Shown here: positions 12,601 to 25,674 of the stretch, one piece after another | Layout of the letters: each line of letters opens with the position of its first letter | Numbering within the stretch: position 1 is the stretch's first letter | Assembly (NCBI GenBank): GCA_964270895.1 | Contig: OZ185440.1 | DNA from: Podarcis filfolensis | Taxonomy: Eukaryota | Direction: 5' to 3' (one strand) | Length of the DNA: 64,000 nucleotides | The notes under the pieces: model-generated | The model's input: only the letters and a program-made list of their open reading frames with translations | Databases searched by the model: none | What the model was told of the DNA's origin: nothing | Made by a program: the position numbers and the translations under genes

Positions 12601-15600
12601 CATGTAACGGACAGGGTCGGGCAGCCATCACCTGTAGCGTTCTAAAAGAAGTCAGAGCAGAAGTGAGCGTCAGTGCTAAAAATGAATATATAGCTTTTAA
12701 ATAAGTAAAATAAACAGCTAAGGTTCATTATATGACACAATATGTTGCAGAGGGAAGGGAGCTTTGACAGGTGTTTGCTTTATTTTAAATGGGAAAGATG
12801 AACAGGGATAGCTGAACATTTGATACTGAAATGCTACAACAATGAACTGGTAAGAGGTGCTCATAGAACACAAAATAAAAATTTAATGGATTGGAGAGGG
12901 GAGGATCCTAGTATCATAGTCCAATAGACACCTGTGACTCTTAGAAATTTCATAGCATTTGCAAAAGCAATCTAATGGCTAAATATTGTCTTTGAGTACT
13001 GGGGGAAATTATCTCTTGAGGAAATTATCTGAATGTGTGTGTGTGGGGGGAATTATTGCACCTGGAAAGGCACAAGTGTTGAACGGCAAATTTAAAAACT
13101 GTTATTTACTGTTCATACTGGTTTTCGTAATGTTGATTAAAAAAGAAAGTGTGTCACTGGTTAGCTAAAAAATAAGATGGAAATTGTAAATAATAAAGTT
13201 GGTAGCCTGAAACATATCACATCACAGTAATGTAATAGAAATAATGGAAATGTTATAGAACAAAATATTTTGGTTGTAGCAGAAGTCCATCTCATGTTTT
13301 TAATCGACCTTTCACATGTTCAAAGCAGCTTATTATATGGGGAGATTATTCTCATCATTTCTTTCTTACTAGGAATTTGGCTTCACTCTACTAAAAACTT
13401 ACCACTTCTTTCATTCCTTACCCTCATGATTAAAAAATAGGAAAACAATCATACTTTAGTACTCTAGCAAAGGTACCTTTCAGTATATAATAATAAAAAT
13501 ATACATTACCGTAGAGGTCTCTTTCATTCAAACTAAATGAGCAAGTGGAAGTATAAAGTTTTCCAGAACTGTCACAGTGTTTCAGTTTTACAAAAAAAAG
13601 TAGACACAAGACAGGTATACAGTAATGAGACATTTATCTGTTACTCTGTAAATTGGGAGTGACATTTGCGAGTAATGAAGTACTTAGTTAGGAATTTGTA
13701 ATAATAGGTGTGTTGCCATTCAAGATTATTGTTATCCTGGTTGTAGAGACATTGATTGACAATAATGCACTAAATACATTTTTCAGCCATTTAAGTCTTG
13801 TTTCTCATTAGTACAAGATTTACTGATTATTTTTTGTAATATTATGAATGTATGTCATCTGCATTTCTATCTACCATATCCATTTCCTCTCTCTACTCTA
13901 ATTCCTTTCTATTCTTGATAGAATTTTTAGTTATGAGGATTGCATAAATTTATGAAATTTATTGCATAGTATTGTTGAATCTTCATTGCATTATAACAGA
14001 AGGTAACCATGAGATGATATATTATTTTTAAAATAAACTTTCATGGAAGCGTTTCAGGTCTCAAATGATAGGGCTGTTTAGTATGCAAAAGAGGGCCGAG
14101 GTACCCTTGCACTCCCAGAAGGGCTTCTGAGCCAACAGATGCCTCCATTAATGGAAGAAAGGAGGAGCTGCAGCCCTACAGTGCCCCCTGTAAATTGGCT
14201 TCAGAGTTTAGAGACCTTCCAGCCCAAAGTGAAAGGTAGCCCAGGGAGCTCTCGGAGTAAGGGCGAATTTACAATAATTGTCTCTCTCATCATCACTTAG
14301 CAGAGGTGCCCCGTGAATCAAAAGCTTTTCTGTGATCACAAGGGCAACATCTGGATTCCACTCTATATTGTTGTGCAGATTTTAAAATCATAGTTGCCAT
14401 GTTTTTAAGTTGCTGCCTAATTGTACCTGCCTAATGGATGGCTTGTGAAGATATGTATGGCCTACTCCATTGCCCCATTCTTTGTTACCTTCTGGTTGTT
14501 AGGGATGACTAGGGGTACCATTTCAAAAACTGGTTTTATTCTAACAGGCTCTGATTTTCTCTCAATAAGGTCTATTTTCTATGTTAAGCATGGTGCTCGC
14601 ATACCCATGTTGTAGGCAGTGGGACTCTGGTGCTATAGCCTCTCTCTGGAATATTTCTGAGAGTAATCAGTCTCCTTCCCTGACCTGCAATTAGTGAGAA
14701 CAGGTAGAGTAGAACTAGCACTGCCACTGTCTGTACAATAGGAATGCTACTTATTTACTGATTGGGGCAGGGGCGGGGAGACTACAGTGTGCCATGTGCT
14801 GCTGATTTGGCAGCTCAAATTGGATTGGCTGAGGTATCGTTATAGCCTTGTTCCCTTTCCTTTCAGCTACCAAGATAGCGTTGTGCACATGTCAAGCCAA
14901 ATGCAGTCTTCAGCTGTGGTTTCCAACTGCTTGTCAGCAGCACAATGGTCTTACAGTCCCAGGCAGGCAATATAAACAGGCAGATTATTGAGTCTTTGGT
15001 CAACCACCAAACATGGCCGATATAGGCTGTGTTGGTTTATTGACTCACATGTTGGTTTCAAACACCAGGAAGCATAAGATGGCTTCTCACTTTTCAGAGA
15101 AGTAGCAAAAAATAATTGTGCCAGTAATTCATGCTTCCAGTATTGTGTTTCTGCATCTCTCTTGTGGGTTTTTTTTCCAGGGGAGAACATGCATGCACCT
15201 TTCTCCCTTTTCACATATCCTGGAAGTACAAAAAAACAGAAGTGGAATGGTTTTCTTTGGAAAGGCAAAATAGTTAACAACTTAACATAAACATAGTGTC
15301 TGCAATTCATTTCAAACCTGTAAGAACATTTGAGGAATAAAACCAGCTTTATTCCTCAGTGTCTTTAAGAGAAATGCAATTCACTAGATAAAATAATGTG
15401 CTAAACAGGTAGTGAAGTAATCCATATATTATGTACTTAGCAAGAGGCGTTGGCATGTGAAAAAAAATATTGTTTTTCGTGGTTTGCTAGCTAACATGTA
15501 ACTCTTTTTTATAAGCCTTGTTCCTGACAACTTCTGTTTAAACAGCAACTCCTTTTTCTAGTGAAGATCTTAATGCATTTACATGAACATTCTTTCAAAA

Positions 15601-17970
15601 TGTGACAATAGCAAGCAGGATACAGATTCCGGTTTCTGTTACTGTTTTCCTAGTAACAATTGTAAGCCATCATAAACCACAAAAAGATAAACAGAAAGTT
15701 CTTCCGAGGTTTTTGGCTGTTATTTTTTTCTAAGTCAACATGTATATTTTTTTGTACATGGAGGCACAAAAGAATGGTTCTGTATGTTCAAAGAATATAT
15801 ATTCCAGCTAGGGTGGGGGGAATCGACAATGACCCAGTATGAAAATTTGGAACGTTACCCTTTTCATATATTTATATGCTTAGAAGTCTTCAAATCATGA
15901 ATAACAATGTGACACACTTTTGCATAGCATTTAACACAGTATCCTTTGCTAGGTGTCATAATGTGGAGCTGGGTTTTTCAGTTAATTGTAGATAGAGGAT
16001 AGAACTCTTCTAGTATCACTGAGGCTAACTGAAGAAGAAGAAAAGTAAGACAAAACTGAGACACTGCACAGTTTTAGCAAACATGTAGATAGAGGCCTAA
16101 AATTCTGGTAACTTAAGTACTTTAGGGAGTGGTGGGTATTTTTCAATCCCACAAGAGTGGCTTCCCATAATTTCTGAGTAAGGTAACAGAGCTAGCACCA
16201 CTTCCAATGCCCTGCCAGTTCACTCCAGCCTGAGTGGGAAGTAGGGGTGGGGATTCTGCCTTTCTTGGTGGGGCTGCTTTCCTTCATTTACTCCCTTGCC
16301 ATTGTGTTCAGTGAGAAGCAATTAGCCATGCCGGCTCTCGGAACAGTGTAGTTGAGGGCTTCTTATAGGCACGTTGGGAATTCAAGAGATCTTGAGGTCT
16401 TACAGATCCTTAGCTGCCCTTGTTTCACTACCTCCACCAGCAAAACACAACCAGTGGGACATCTGCACTGACAGACCTTTCTGTGGGTGTACCAGGGATC
16501 TTTTAGCAGCATGAGTGCCATCATACCAGTGGGCTTTCCTTCTCTGATGGAATGGGACTCTGAATTCAGCGGTCCACAGCTGGTCTCCTACTGGCTTTAG
16601 GATTACACCCTAAATGCCTGTGGACTAAATTGTAATATATTACCATAATGAACTGGCAATGTTATCCAGCTTTGGAAAAAAGTGAGACAGAGAAAGTGGC
16701 TGTTTCTATCCAGAGGAAGTCCAATTTTAATTGAGAAATATAATTTCCTTCAGTCTCATATTGTTACTGGAGACCTAGCTGGGAGCTCCAAGAGAAATGG
16801 CAGTAATTTATTAAGCCTTTTGTGTTTGAGGAGTGTACAGTGTTAAAAAGACATGTCCACAGTTTCATTGTTTACATTTGGCTTTTAACTTGACTGTTGA
16901 GTGATGATTCTAGCATTGCATGATAGGCAAGAATAGAGCCTGAATTTGTCACATATGAAACTAATGAGAAGAGATTTGTGATTAAATAATGGTATTACAA
17001 TTCAACACACCTGTTTTGAGCCTCCTCCTTATGCTTTTTTTCCTCTCTTGCCTGAGGAGGAGACTTCTCAATGGATTACAGTAACACTTTTTGACAAGCT
17101 TATACAGGGTGGAGTTCCTATGTACTGACAGAACCCATTTGATGATACCTCGATAATGCATTCTTTTTATTTCTGCTGTCAAAATTTATTACTGTAAAAG
17201 CATTGACTGTTACACAGCTGGTCTGACTTGTCCACATTTTTAAGTTAAGTAACAGTAGGCCTAACATAATGTTTATTTTTCTTGTTATGCAACATTTAAC
17301 CCTCGTTGCTTTAGGATAAGATTCATGGTAGATATATATTGTTCTACAATTGCTTGAAAAAACTTCCTTTATTTGCAAATCCCGCTTGAAAATGTCTATT
17401 CACTTTGACTTCCCATCAGCTGGTTTTTCAATCTTCTTCCTGAAAAACACAGTGTGTGTTTCTTTTATTTAAAAAAACCACCTGTAGAAATAAGAGTAAC
17501 ACTGATAAAGGCATGGAGAACTATTCAGGTTCATGGAGAGGAAAAACTTTTTTAATGTTTTTATGTTTATTTATCTGGAAATAGGTGGACTGTCAGCTAA
17601 GCTTTCAGATTGTGTGATCAGCCATCAGCCCATCTTCCTTTCCTGTGAACTTAAATTGAGTAGCTTTATTGTTAAAGGCACAGGAACAGAGAGCAAGCAT
17701 TTAACAGTGGCCTGGGATACAAAAATTAAGAAGTTGAAAGTTTATAGTGTCACTTTATGTACAAGTCACAAAAAGTGTTGTTTCACAGATTTTTGCATGC
17801 CACCCTGATGTTAAGGCATAGAATCAAGACCAGTAACAAAAAAAAAGACAAAAAAAGGGCAAACTGCACAAAAAGTACCTCAAATTAGCTTATTGAAGCA
17901 AGTCAGCCATTTGGGGACAAAGCAAATTGTGATGGGTTTTTAAGAAATATTTCCAAAAAGTAATAGCAAG

Positions 17971-18050
17971 CAGGGCTTTTTTTTTTTTTAAGCTGGAACT
18001 CACTGGAACTCAGTTCCAGCACCTCTCAGGTGGGAACCATTGCCATTATA
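17971..18050. mobile_element. Partial MITE (CAGGGCTTTTT...CTGGAACTC family)
   Basis: Resembles a recurrent lacertid non-autonomous element. Truncated and followed by a duplicated CATTATAAGAGAATG. Confidence 0.5.
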
Positions 18051-20080
18051 AGAGAATGAGATGTGAGAACAGCATTATAAGAGAATGTAAGAACAACAGT
18101 AAAAGTTAGGCTTTATTTGGGCAGCTTTTATATCATTTATAAAACAACAACCCACACACTCTGTATATATATCCATAGATTTTCCTGTGTTAAGCTATAA
18201 AATGTACAAGTCTGTCATCTTTGGAGGATCAGGTTAATGTTTTCTATTATGTTGTTTTGTTTAGACAAGCTGGGTGTTTTTTCTTTCACACTCCCATGAT
18301 TAGCTGCAGGCAGTAATAGTTTTAACTTCAGGTGTGGCTCAATAAAATGTTTGAAATAGATTCTCATCCTTTGCAAACAGAGAATATGTAGGGTGGGTTC
18401 TTTGGTTTCTAGTGCCTTATGTGAACACATAGATTGTTGAATTTCAGGGTATAATGGGCTGTGTGTTGCTCTGAGATAACTTAGCATTTAATTGGGTCAG
18501 ATATTAATTGAGACTCAAACTCCTCCTTGAGGATGCAGAAAGACAAGCTAGAAAGATAGTGTAGAATTTGAGTTTCTAAAACTTAGATTTTGTTTCCTTT
18601 TCACAAGAAAGATATTTCCCAAGTTGAGAAGCAATTTAAATCTGACCATTTAGTTCAATAGGACATAGTTGTGACTATCCTTGCTGGATAATGAACAAGT
18701 ACTTGATGGAACTTTACTCAGTCCTGACTTTTTTCAGCATTTTAGTGAAGATGAGGAGAAAATGCCCCACCCAAAGATTGAATGAATCTTGGGAGAGTAA
18801 AACTTCAGAACTTTCAGGTGGGAGTAGCCTTATGTTTGAAGCGGATGCTGATTATATAATTAAGATTTTATTAGAATTCTTACCGACTCTTCACCATGAG
18901 CTCCCAGGTTGGGTCACAACATTTTACAGTCACTGTATTAAAATAAGTTAAAGCAGATTTACAATCAAGAGTGCGTCCTAAGATGAAGATGGTTGCTGGT
19001 TTTTTTTTAATGGGGGAAAATATTTGACACTGCATCAAGCAGCAGCCATCCTAGGCATTCCCACAGGGTCAGAATGCTTCATGGGAATTATGCTTATCTG
19101 TGCAGGGAATTCAGTGGGAGTGGAAAGATGGTGTACAATGATAGTGATTTGAGAGGGAGGAATTTCAGCCTGGCCTCAACATGGACTGATCAAGAAAATA
19201 TTTTAAAATAAAATATGAAGGTTTATGAAATTAAAAAGGGGGAAGTTAACTGCAGCTTAGCGGCAGACTGTTTCTTTCCATGGAGTAATCTTGCTGTCAC
19301 TTTAATTTATTTCTAAAAAGATTTCATACTGATTCCATCAAAGCTGCCAATTAAATGTTGCTATATTGTCATACTGACACAAGATCAATTGTCCAACATC
19401 GTGAGGTGGGGGCAGGGGGGGTCCAACCCATACAGCATTTCTGAATAACAGCTAAGCAATGAGAAATTTCAATATTCATAATGTATATCCAATGGCTAAG
19501 CAGTGGAATGCAGAATAATCATGGCATAATCTGTTCTCACAGATTAAAAGCTCTGTTTTTCATTTTGCTTTATGGATTCATTACTGTTGTGTTTCAAAGA
19601 CAGCTTGATTTGGGTCACATTTGAGGCTTATGCACTAGATAGATCTATATATTCCAAAGGCGTATCTTAATAGGTATGTTGATACAGAACTGTGATCCTC
19701 AGGCCTTTTAAATAAGGGGACCTATTGATGTCATTTTCTCTTTATGGGTATCATTCTACTTCTCCCATCCATAAGCCTCTCCTCTCAACCTCTTGCTCCT
19801 TGTCCTTAAAATTCATTGCAAAAAGAGTCACAGAATGAGTGAAAGTGTTTGAAAGGTCAGAAATCAGTGCTCAGGTGTCTGTGAGATGCACATTATCTGG
19901 TGCAGAATCATTGTCCCCTCATTCCAGATATTGGGGGTTAGCTGTAAAGAATACATGGTTATTGCTAGCTAAACTATGAGGCTGAGCAAAACATAAGGTT
20001 TGGAAAAAGATGCATGGTATATGTTACAATTTTTGCATGCATGCAGGTCTAGCAGATGCCCTACGACTACGTTATTAGCA

Positions 20081-20121
20081 ATATATTAATTAATTAGTCA
20101 ATATATTAATTAATTAATTAA
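20081..20121. repeat. Duplicated AATATATTAATTAATT / (TTAA)n palindromic microsatellite
   Basis: Seen directly. Confidence 0.8.
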
Positions 20122-21411
20122 CATACTGACTGAGACCTCAATTTGAAACATATTTACCCCGGAGTAAGTCCCACAGAAAACAATGAGACTTACTTTAGAC
20201 TAGACTTGAATAGAGTTGCACTACAATCTTGTACCAGGCTTCTGTCGCTGGAAGTAACCCTGGGGAGAGTATGCTTACAGGATGCTCCCACCACCCCAAG
20301 GTGGGAAGGTAACTTCCACTGTTTCCTCTTTCCCAACTAGTCAGTTAGGTCTGCTGAAAATCTGTTGCAGAAGGTTGGGAGGCTCACAGGAGCAATTTGA
20401 GAGAAGCTGCAGAGGAAAGGAAAACTTCATCCTACCTTCTGCTGGTACTCAATTAGATCATGGTCCTGTCCATGGACTGAAGGAGCTGTATGATTCATGA
20501 ATGTCTAGTTAGGATGCAAACCAACCCAACAATTATTTGCCACTTTTCCACACAAGTGTTCTCAAAGCAGTTTACTTAAAAAGCTAAAGCTTACAAGGAG
20601 CACTAGAAAGCAATTTAAGAGCTTTTTGCATACCACCACCTCCTGCTGAAAAATGGTTCACGTTTTTACTTGTAATAATGTCCGGGATATGGACTGCTGT
20701 CTTGAGTAAAGCCCAGTAGAACTAACACATTGCTTGAGTTATATTATAGTATCTTGGAGCTTTACTCATAGATTTTATTACAATTGTTTGTTAGGTTTGT
20801 CATTCTTCACCCCACACACTGATTGTGTAAGCTGCTGTGTGTCACTGTTATATAGTAGGAAGGGTGAGGTAAATTGGCTTCCTTCTATCATCTAGTTACT
20901 GTTCTAGACAAATTTTGTATCTCCCATCTAGCCAGGCACTGAGGTACAATTATGTTCACCTGTACTTAATGAATAATAATTATCTAAGTTATAGAGGAAG
21001 GCAACTCTTATGAGCTTGTTTGCCCATTATGCTTTTTGAATCTGGGCAAGATTCAACTTCTGGCATTCACATTTTCTCAACAACCGTAAGTGAGCAATAT
21101 TGCTGGTTGGCTGTCAAGGGAGTGAAATGTCATTTGCTTTCCAGTGACCTGTAAAGCACTTAGCAAGCATGTCTTGAAAAAGCTCCATGTAATTACTTGG
21201 AGTAGAACATTTAATGAAACTTACATTTTAAAGGCAACTTTTAATTTTTATCTGCATTCTGAAATTTGACTGTAGATGTTTTTGCTTTGCTATCAGTGTC
21301 AAAGAAGAAAACATATAACTGGTATTAAAACTGAGGAGGATAGCTTATATTTACACAAACACTTAGTTTATGAATACAGGTTATTAATAAGAATAGCCTC
21401 AATTTAAAGAG

Positions 21412-21836
21412 TAGAATCACAGAATTGTAGAGTTGGAAGGGACCCCAAGGGTCATCAAGTCCAAACCCTGCAGTGTGGGAATCTCAACTAAAGCATTCAT
21501 AACAGATGACCATCCAACCTATGCTTAAAAACCTGCAAGGAAGGAGAGTCCACCACCAAGAACTGCCACTCTAGGCAGTTTTTTCGACTGTCAAACAGCT
21601 CCTCCCCTCAGAAAGTTCTTGATGTTTAGCTGGAATCTCCTTTCTTGTAACTTGAATCTGCTGGATCGAGTCATACTCTCTGGGGCAAGAGAAAACAAGC
21701 TTGCTGCATCTTCCATGTGACAGCCCTTGATATATTTGAAGATGGCTATCTCAGTCTCCTCTTTTCCAGGCTAAACATACCAAGCTCCTTCAGCCGTTCC
21801 TCCTAAGGCTTGATTTCCAGACCCTTGATCATCTTT
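21412..21836 (-). mobile_element. CR1 LINE 3' fragment
   Basis: Reverse strand reads KMIKGLEIKP*EERLKELGMFSLEKRRLR (CR1 ORF2 C-terminus) and ends in the ATTCTRTG-type tail (tagaatcacagaat on +). Possible 6-bp TSD GAGTAG. Confidence 0.92.
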
Positions 21837-22029
21837 GAGTAGGACCATCACTCAATGACATTTCTTGTATGTGTAGAGTCCCAAGTTTAGTCCTTGACAT
21901 TTCTGGTTAAAATGACTGTGGAACTGCTTCCTGTCTGAATAGACAGTAATGAGTTAGAATGGTCTTGTACAAGGCAGTTTGCCACATTATATCTTAAGTT
22001 TTAAATGCTTTTCCAAAATGAGAAAATGT

Positions 22030-22270
22030 TTTTTATTGATGCTCTACTTTCATAGGTACTTTAGCCAAGTTTACAAAATTAAAATAAAGCACTGAACCAA
22101 CAAGGGCAAGCAATAAAACAATAGGAAGTAAGGTCCAATTATTTTTTTAAAAAATGCTTATCTTTCTAAAGGCTAGCAGGGAAGAGGTTGTATGAACTTC
22201 CTTTGGAAGTGAGTTCCAAAGCACCATGGTGTAGTAGAAAAGGCCCTGCTCCTGAAGGAGTAGATGAAAT
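22030..22270 (-). mobile_element. L2 LINE 3' fragment
   Basis: gagttccaaagcacc...agaaaaggccctgctcc motif plus AT-rich tail. Boundaries approximate. Confidence 0.55.
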
Positions 22271-23248
22271 CCAAAACGTGGCATAATCAGCTGGCTTTTA
22301 AATGGCAGTAAGAACTTTTTCTCTGTTACAAAGGTTGGTTTGTGCTCATGTTGGTAAGCACTCACTCAGTGCTGTTGCACATCTCTGATCAAGTAGGTAG
22401 CAAGAGTAAAGAAATTTGCTCATACACCTTGTTGTGAAGAGAGGCTGCTGCTGTGCAGTGTTCATATGATGCTTCATCTAAGCTGTCAAAAGCTGGGTTT
22501 TAAGTCCCATAAATAAATAAAACGAAGATCTAACTCTGCAGGCTGTAAGAGGAACTCTCACAGATGAGGAAGAAGGGGAGGAGGGCAGATGCATAGTTTT
22601 CTCAGTAAAGGTGGGTCTACTCTGGCATTGCAAAGGTACAACATAATTGCAGGGGGAAGCACTGCAAGAGAGACATGTCCTTTGCTGATGCTCCAAGGGG
22701 CCAAGAAACCTTGGGAGCAGGACTGTTGCTGGCGATATGCAAATATTTATTTTTGCAAATATGAAAGGGTATCATAATATTCTCTGTAATCTCACACTGA
22801 TGAAGTCCTGTACTGCGGATTGCTTACTTTGCAATGCAACATTAATCTTAATTAAAACATAGTATTTTAAAAAAAAAACCTATGCAAATATTTTAGATAG
22901 TTAAATCTCTTACTTAGATAAACAATTTTCCATTGTCTAACCATGAACTTGATTTAGAAGGTACATCTGCTTAGGAAACTGTTCTCTTTGAAATGGAAGT
23001 TTAGCTGTGCCATTTCACACCTTTGTCCCAGAGAGGCAGTCATGCATAATGTATTGTTACATTCCTGACATCCCTTGCATATCCCGTTTAAATAATGCCA
23101 AGAAGAAGAACAACTAAACCTAAGGGAAATGCTTGAAACTGTCTGTCTGGAAAAATACAGTGTCATACTGGTTTGCCAGCTGAGAACAGGAATAGCCTTG
23201 CCACAAGGAACCATGCTCTGGTAACCTTCGACTTGGTTTACTCTAATG

Positions 23249-23338
23249 CAGTGGTGGCTAACCTGTGGCCTTCCAGGTGTTCTTGGGACCCCAGCTCCCT
23301 TCAGCCTCAGTCCGTATAGACAACGGTGAGGGATGATG
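23249..23338. mobile_element. Truncated hairpin MITE
   Basis: cagtggtggctaacctgtggccttccaggtgt...ggatgatg, same family as 50191-50326. Confidence 0.6.
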
Positions 23339-23620
23339 CTTAGCCACTTCAGCTTGTGCATGGTGCTATCCTTGAAAGCTACTCAGAAGCTTCAACTGGT
23401 ACAGAACGAAGCTGCTAGGTGGTGCAGCCAGATGGAATTACATTACATTGATTATGTTGACTGCCTTTTCACCTGAAGCCCACTTTTTGGTGCTAGTGCT
23501 TACTGTTAAAGCCATATATGCCTTGGGACCCACATACTCTGTGCCTTAAGATCCTTGGAGGAGAGCTTTCTCTGTGGTGGTCTCCCACCTTTGAAATACT
23601 TCCCCAAAGGACACTAACTT
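23339..23620 (+). mobile_element. L2 LINE fragments
   Basis: LKATQKLQLVQNEAARW resembles the L2 ORF2 motif LPLKxxRKLQLVQNAAAR, followed by gagctttctctgtggtggtctcccacc. Confidence 0.7.
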
Positions 23621-25097
23621 GTGCTGACTTAATAATAGTCTGTGTGCCGTGTCAAAATATAACTGTTTGCCAAGGAATTTGGAATCTAGTCTTGAAAAGC
23701 ATTTAGTCTGCTCTGAATGAGTTTCATTGTCTCTAATTCTTTTATGAAAATGGTTGCCTTATTTTATGTATGATACTGTATTGATACAACGTTTAATTTT
23801 ATTTATGCCTATTGTCTACAGCCCTTTTATCTATAAGAATGAAGGGCAGCCTAAATCTTCAAATTATTCAGCTGGAGTTCAAATACAATTTATTTAAAGC
23901 TGTGAAATCATCGTCATCAGCAGTATAATTATATTGTTATGGAAGTGAAACATTGCTGGCATTATTTATGTCGCAAATACATATTTGCCAACCGTAGCCA
24001 AATAATTTTTGATAACCCACTGATTTTAAGTGGTGATTTAGAGTCTTATCAAGGCAGGAGTAGTCCTTAGTGTGTGATAATTTAGTACCTTTATTCCTGC
24101 CTAAATAAACGCTGTTTAAACGCTGGGGTGTTTGACAAATACAAAGCAGCAACAAAGACTGGTCATCAGTTGTTAAGCTATTTGGATCATGTGTCATACT
24201 CATGTCTCATGCTCAAAGACAAGGCCATTCACTCCCTAGCTCCTTTCACTCAAGTGGTGCAGTGCAAACTTGGCAGAGAGCAGATGTACACCAGGTGATT
24301 GAAGCAAGAGAGTTGGTACTAGGGAAGGCAACAACAAAAGCACTTTGATTGGGAAGAAAGTTCCTTTCCTAATCCCAAATATGTGAATCAGTGAGATTTT
24401 TACCATGAGCAAATCTGATGGAATCGAGCAGCATGATAACACTTGCTTAGATCAGCTAGAGCCTATTTTCTGGCCTCAGAAACTGAACTTGCCTCTCATT
24501 CCTTTATTTGTCATTTTTGTCCATATTTGGAATTTAGAGTAGCCACATCATGGAAATAACTCAATCGGTTTTGTTACCCCAGAGTTCTGTTTCTGTTTCT
24601 ACTACTAATGTATTCAATTGCTTTAGAGTTGATTTAAATTGGTAAGCGACTGTTGCAATTTGAATAGTTTTTCAGATCCCTACAAAATGAGCCCAAGTTG
24701 AATATACAGATTTTCTAATAGGCTACTGTCCAATGCATACTTACTTTGGGAGTAAGATCCATTGAATTTAGTAGAACACACTTCTGCATAAACATGCATA
24801 GGATCAGACTCCATATAATGTGACTAACCTGAATGGCATAGTGACCTAGCTTAAAAATAATAATGACTTAGATTATGATTTCTTGGTTTATTAGGCTTTT
24901 TATTTGTTTTGTTTTGTTTTGTTTTTATTGTTAAACTAGATGCTTTCTTCTAGTTCTTCATTCTGGGGTGTGGGGAGGAGAACTAAGTAGGCCACCTTGA
25001 GTTCCACGGAGAAAAGATGGGATATGAATGGATGAATGAATATAATAAATAATTTTGGGATCCTAATCTGATTCTTGGCCTTCTTTTCCCACGCCAG

Positions 25098-25178
25098 GAT
25101 GAACGTGAGGCCCGAGAGAATGTGAAAAGAGAACAAGATGAAGCTTACAGAATCTCTCTTGAAGCCGACAGAGCAAAG
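25098..25178 (+). CDS. FAF1: FAF1 coding exon (about exon 16; coiled coil), 81 bp, phase 0 to 0
   Basis: Acceptor ttcttttcccacgccag, donor gtgtgt. Translates DEREARENVKREQDEAYRISLEADRAK. Confidence 0.97.
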
Positions 25179-25596
25179 GTGTGTACAGTTCTATACTAGA
25201 GAATGTGATTTAGTGATGAATTAAGGTATTTTTATGAACTCTTTTGAGACCAGGAAATACATTATGATATTAAGCTTACTCTCTAGTTGAGAAAGTGTGG
25301 CGGCCATGGGTGGTGTTATTTCTAAATTTGTATCTACACACTCATCAATATATGCAGATTTTATGCAAATTAGAGTCTTCTTTTGCCCTTCCTTCTTGTG
25401 ATGCTTTCTCCTTTTTCTAGTAATCCAAAAACAGCCTCCCTCTGAGAGAAACCATGAAAACTATGGAACATTCACAGTTTGGACAACCAATATTTTGCAT
25501 GGCATAATTTGTAGGAAAATGAGGGCCATTGGAATATGAGAGTGTACCTTAATGATAAATGATATCTGAAGTGACTTGTTTATTTCATCTCTGCAG

Positions 25597-25674
25597 AGAG
25601 AAGCACAAGAGAGAGAAATTGCAGAGCAGTTTCGTTTGGAGCAGATTAAGAAAGAACAGGAAGAAGAACGTGAA
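25597..25674 (+). CDS. FAF1: FAF1 coding exon (about exon 17; coiled coil), 78 bp, phase 0 to 0
   Basis: Acceptor tttcatctctgcag, donor gtgaga. Translates REAQEREIAEQFRLEQIKKEQEEERE. Confidence 0.97.
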
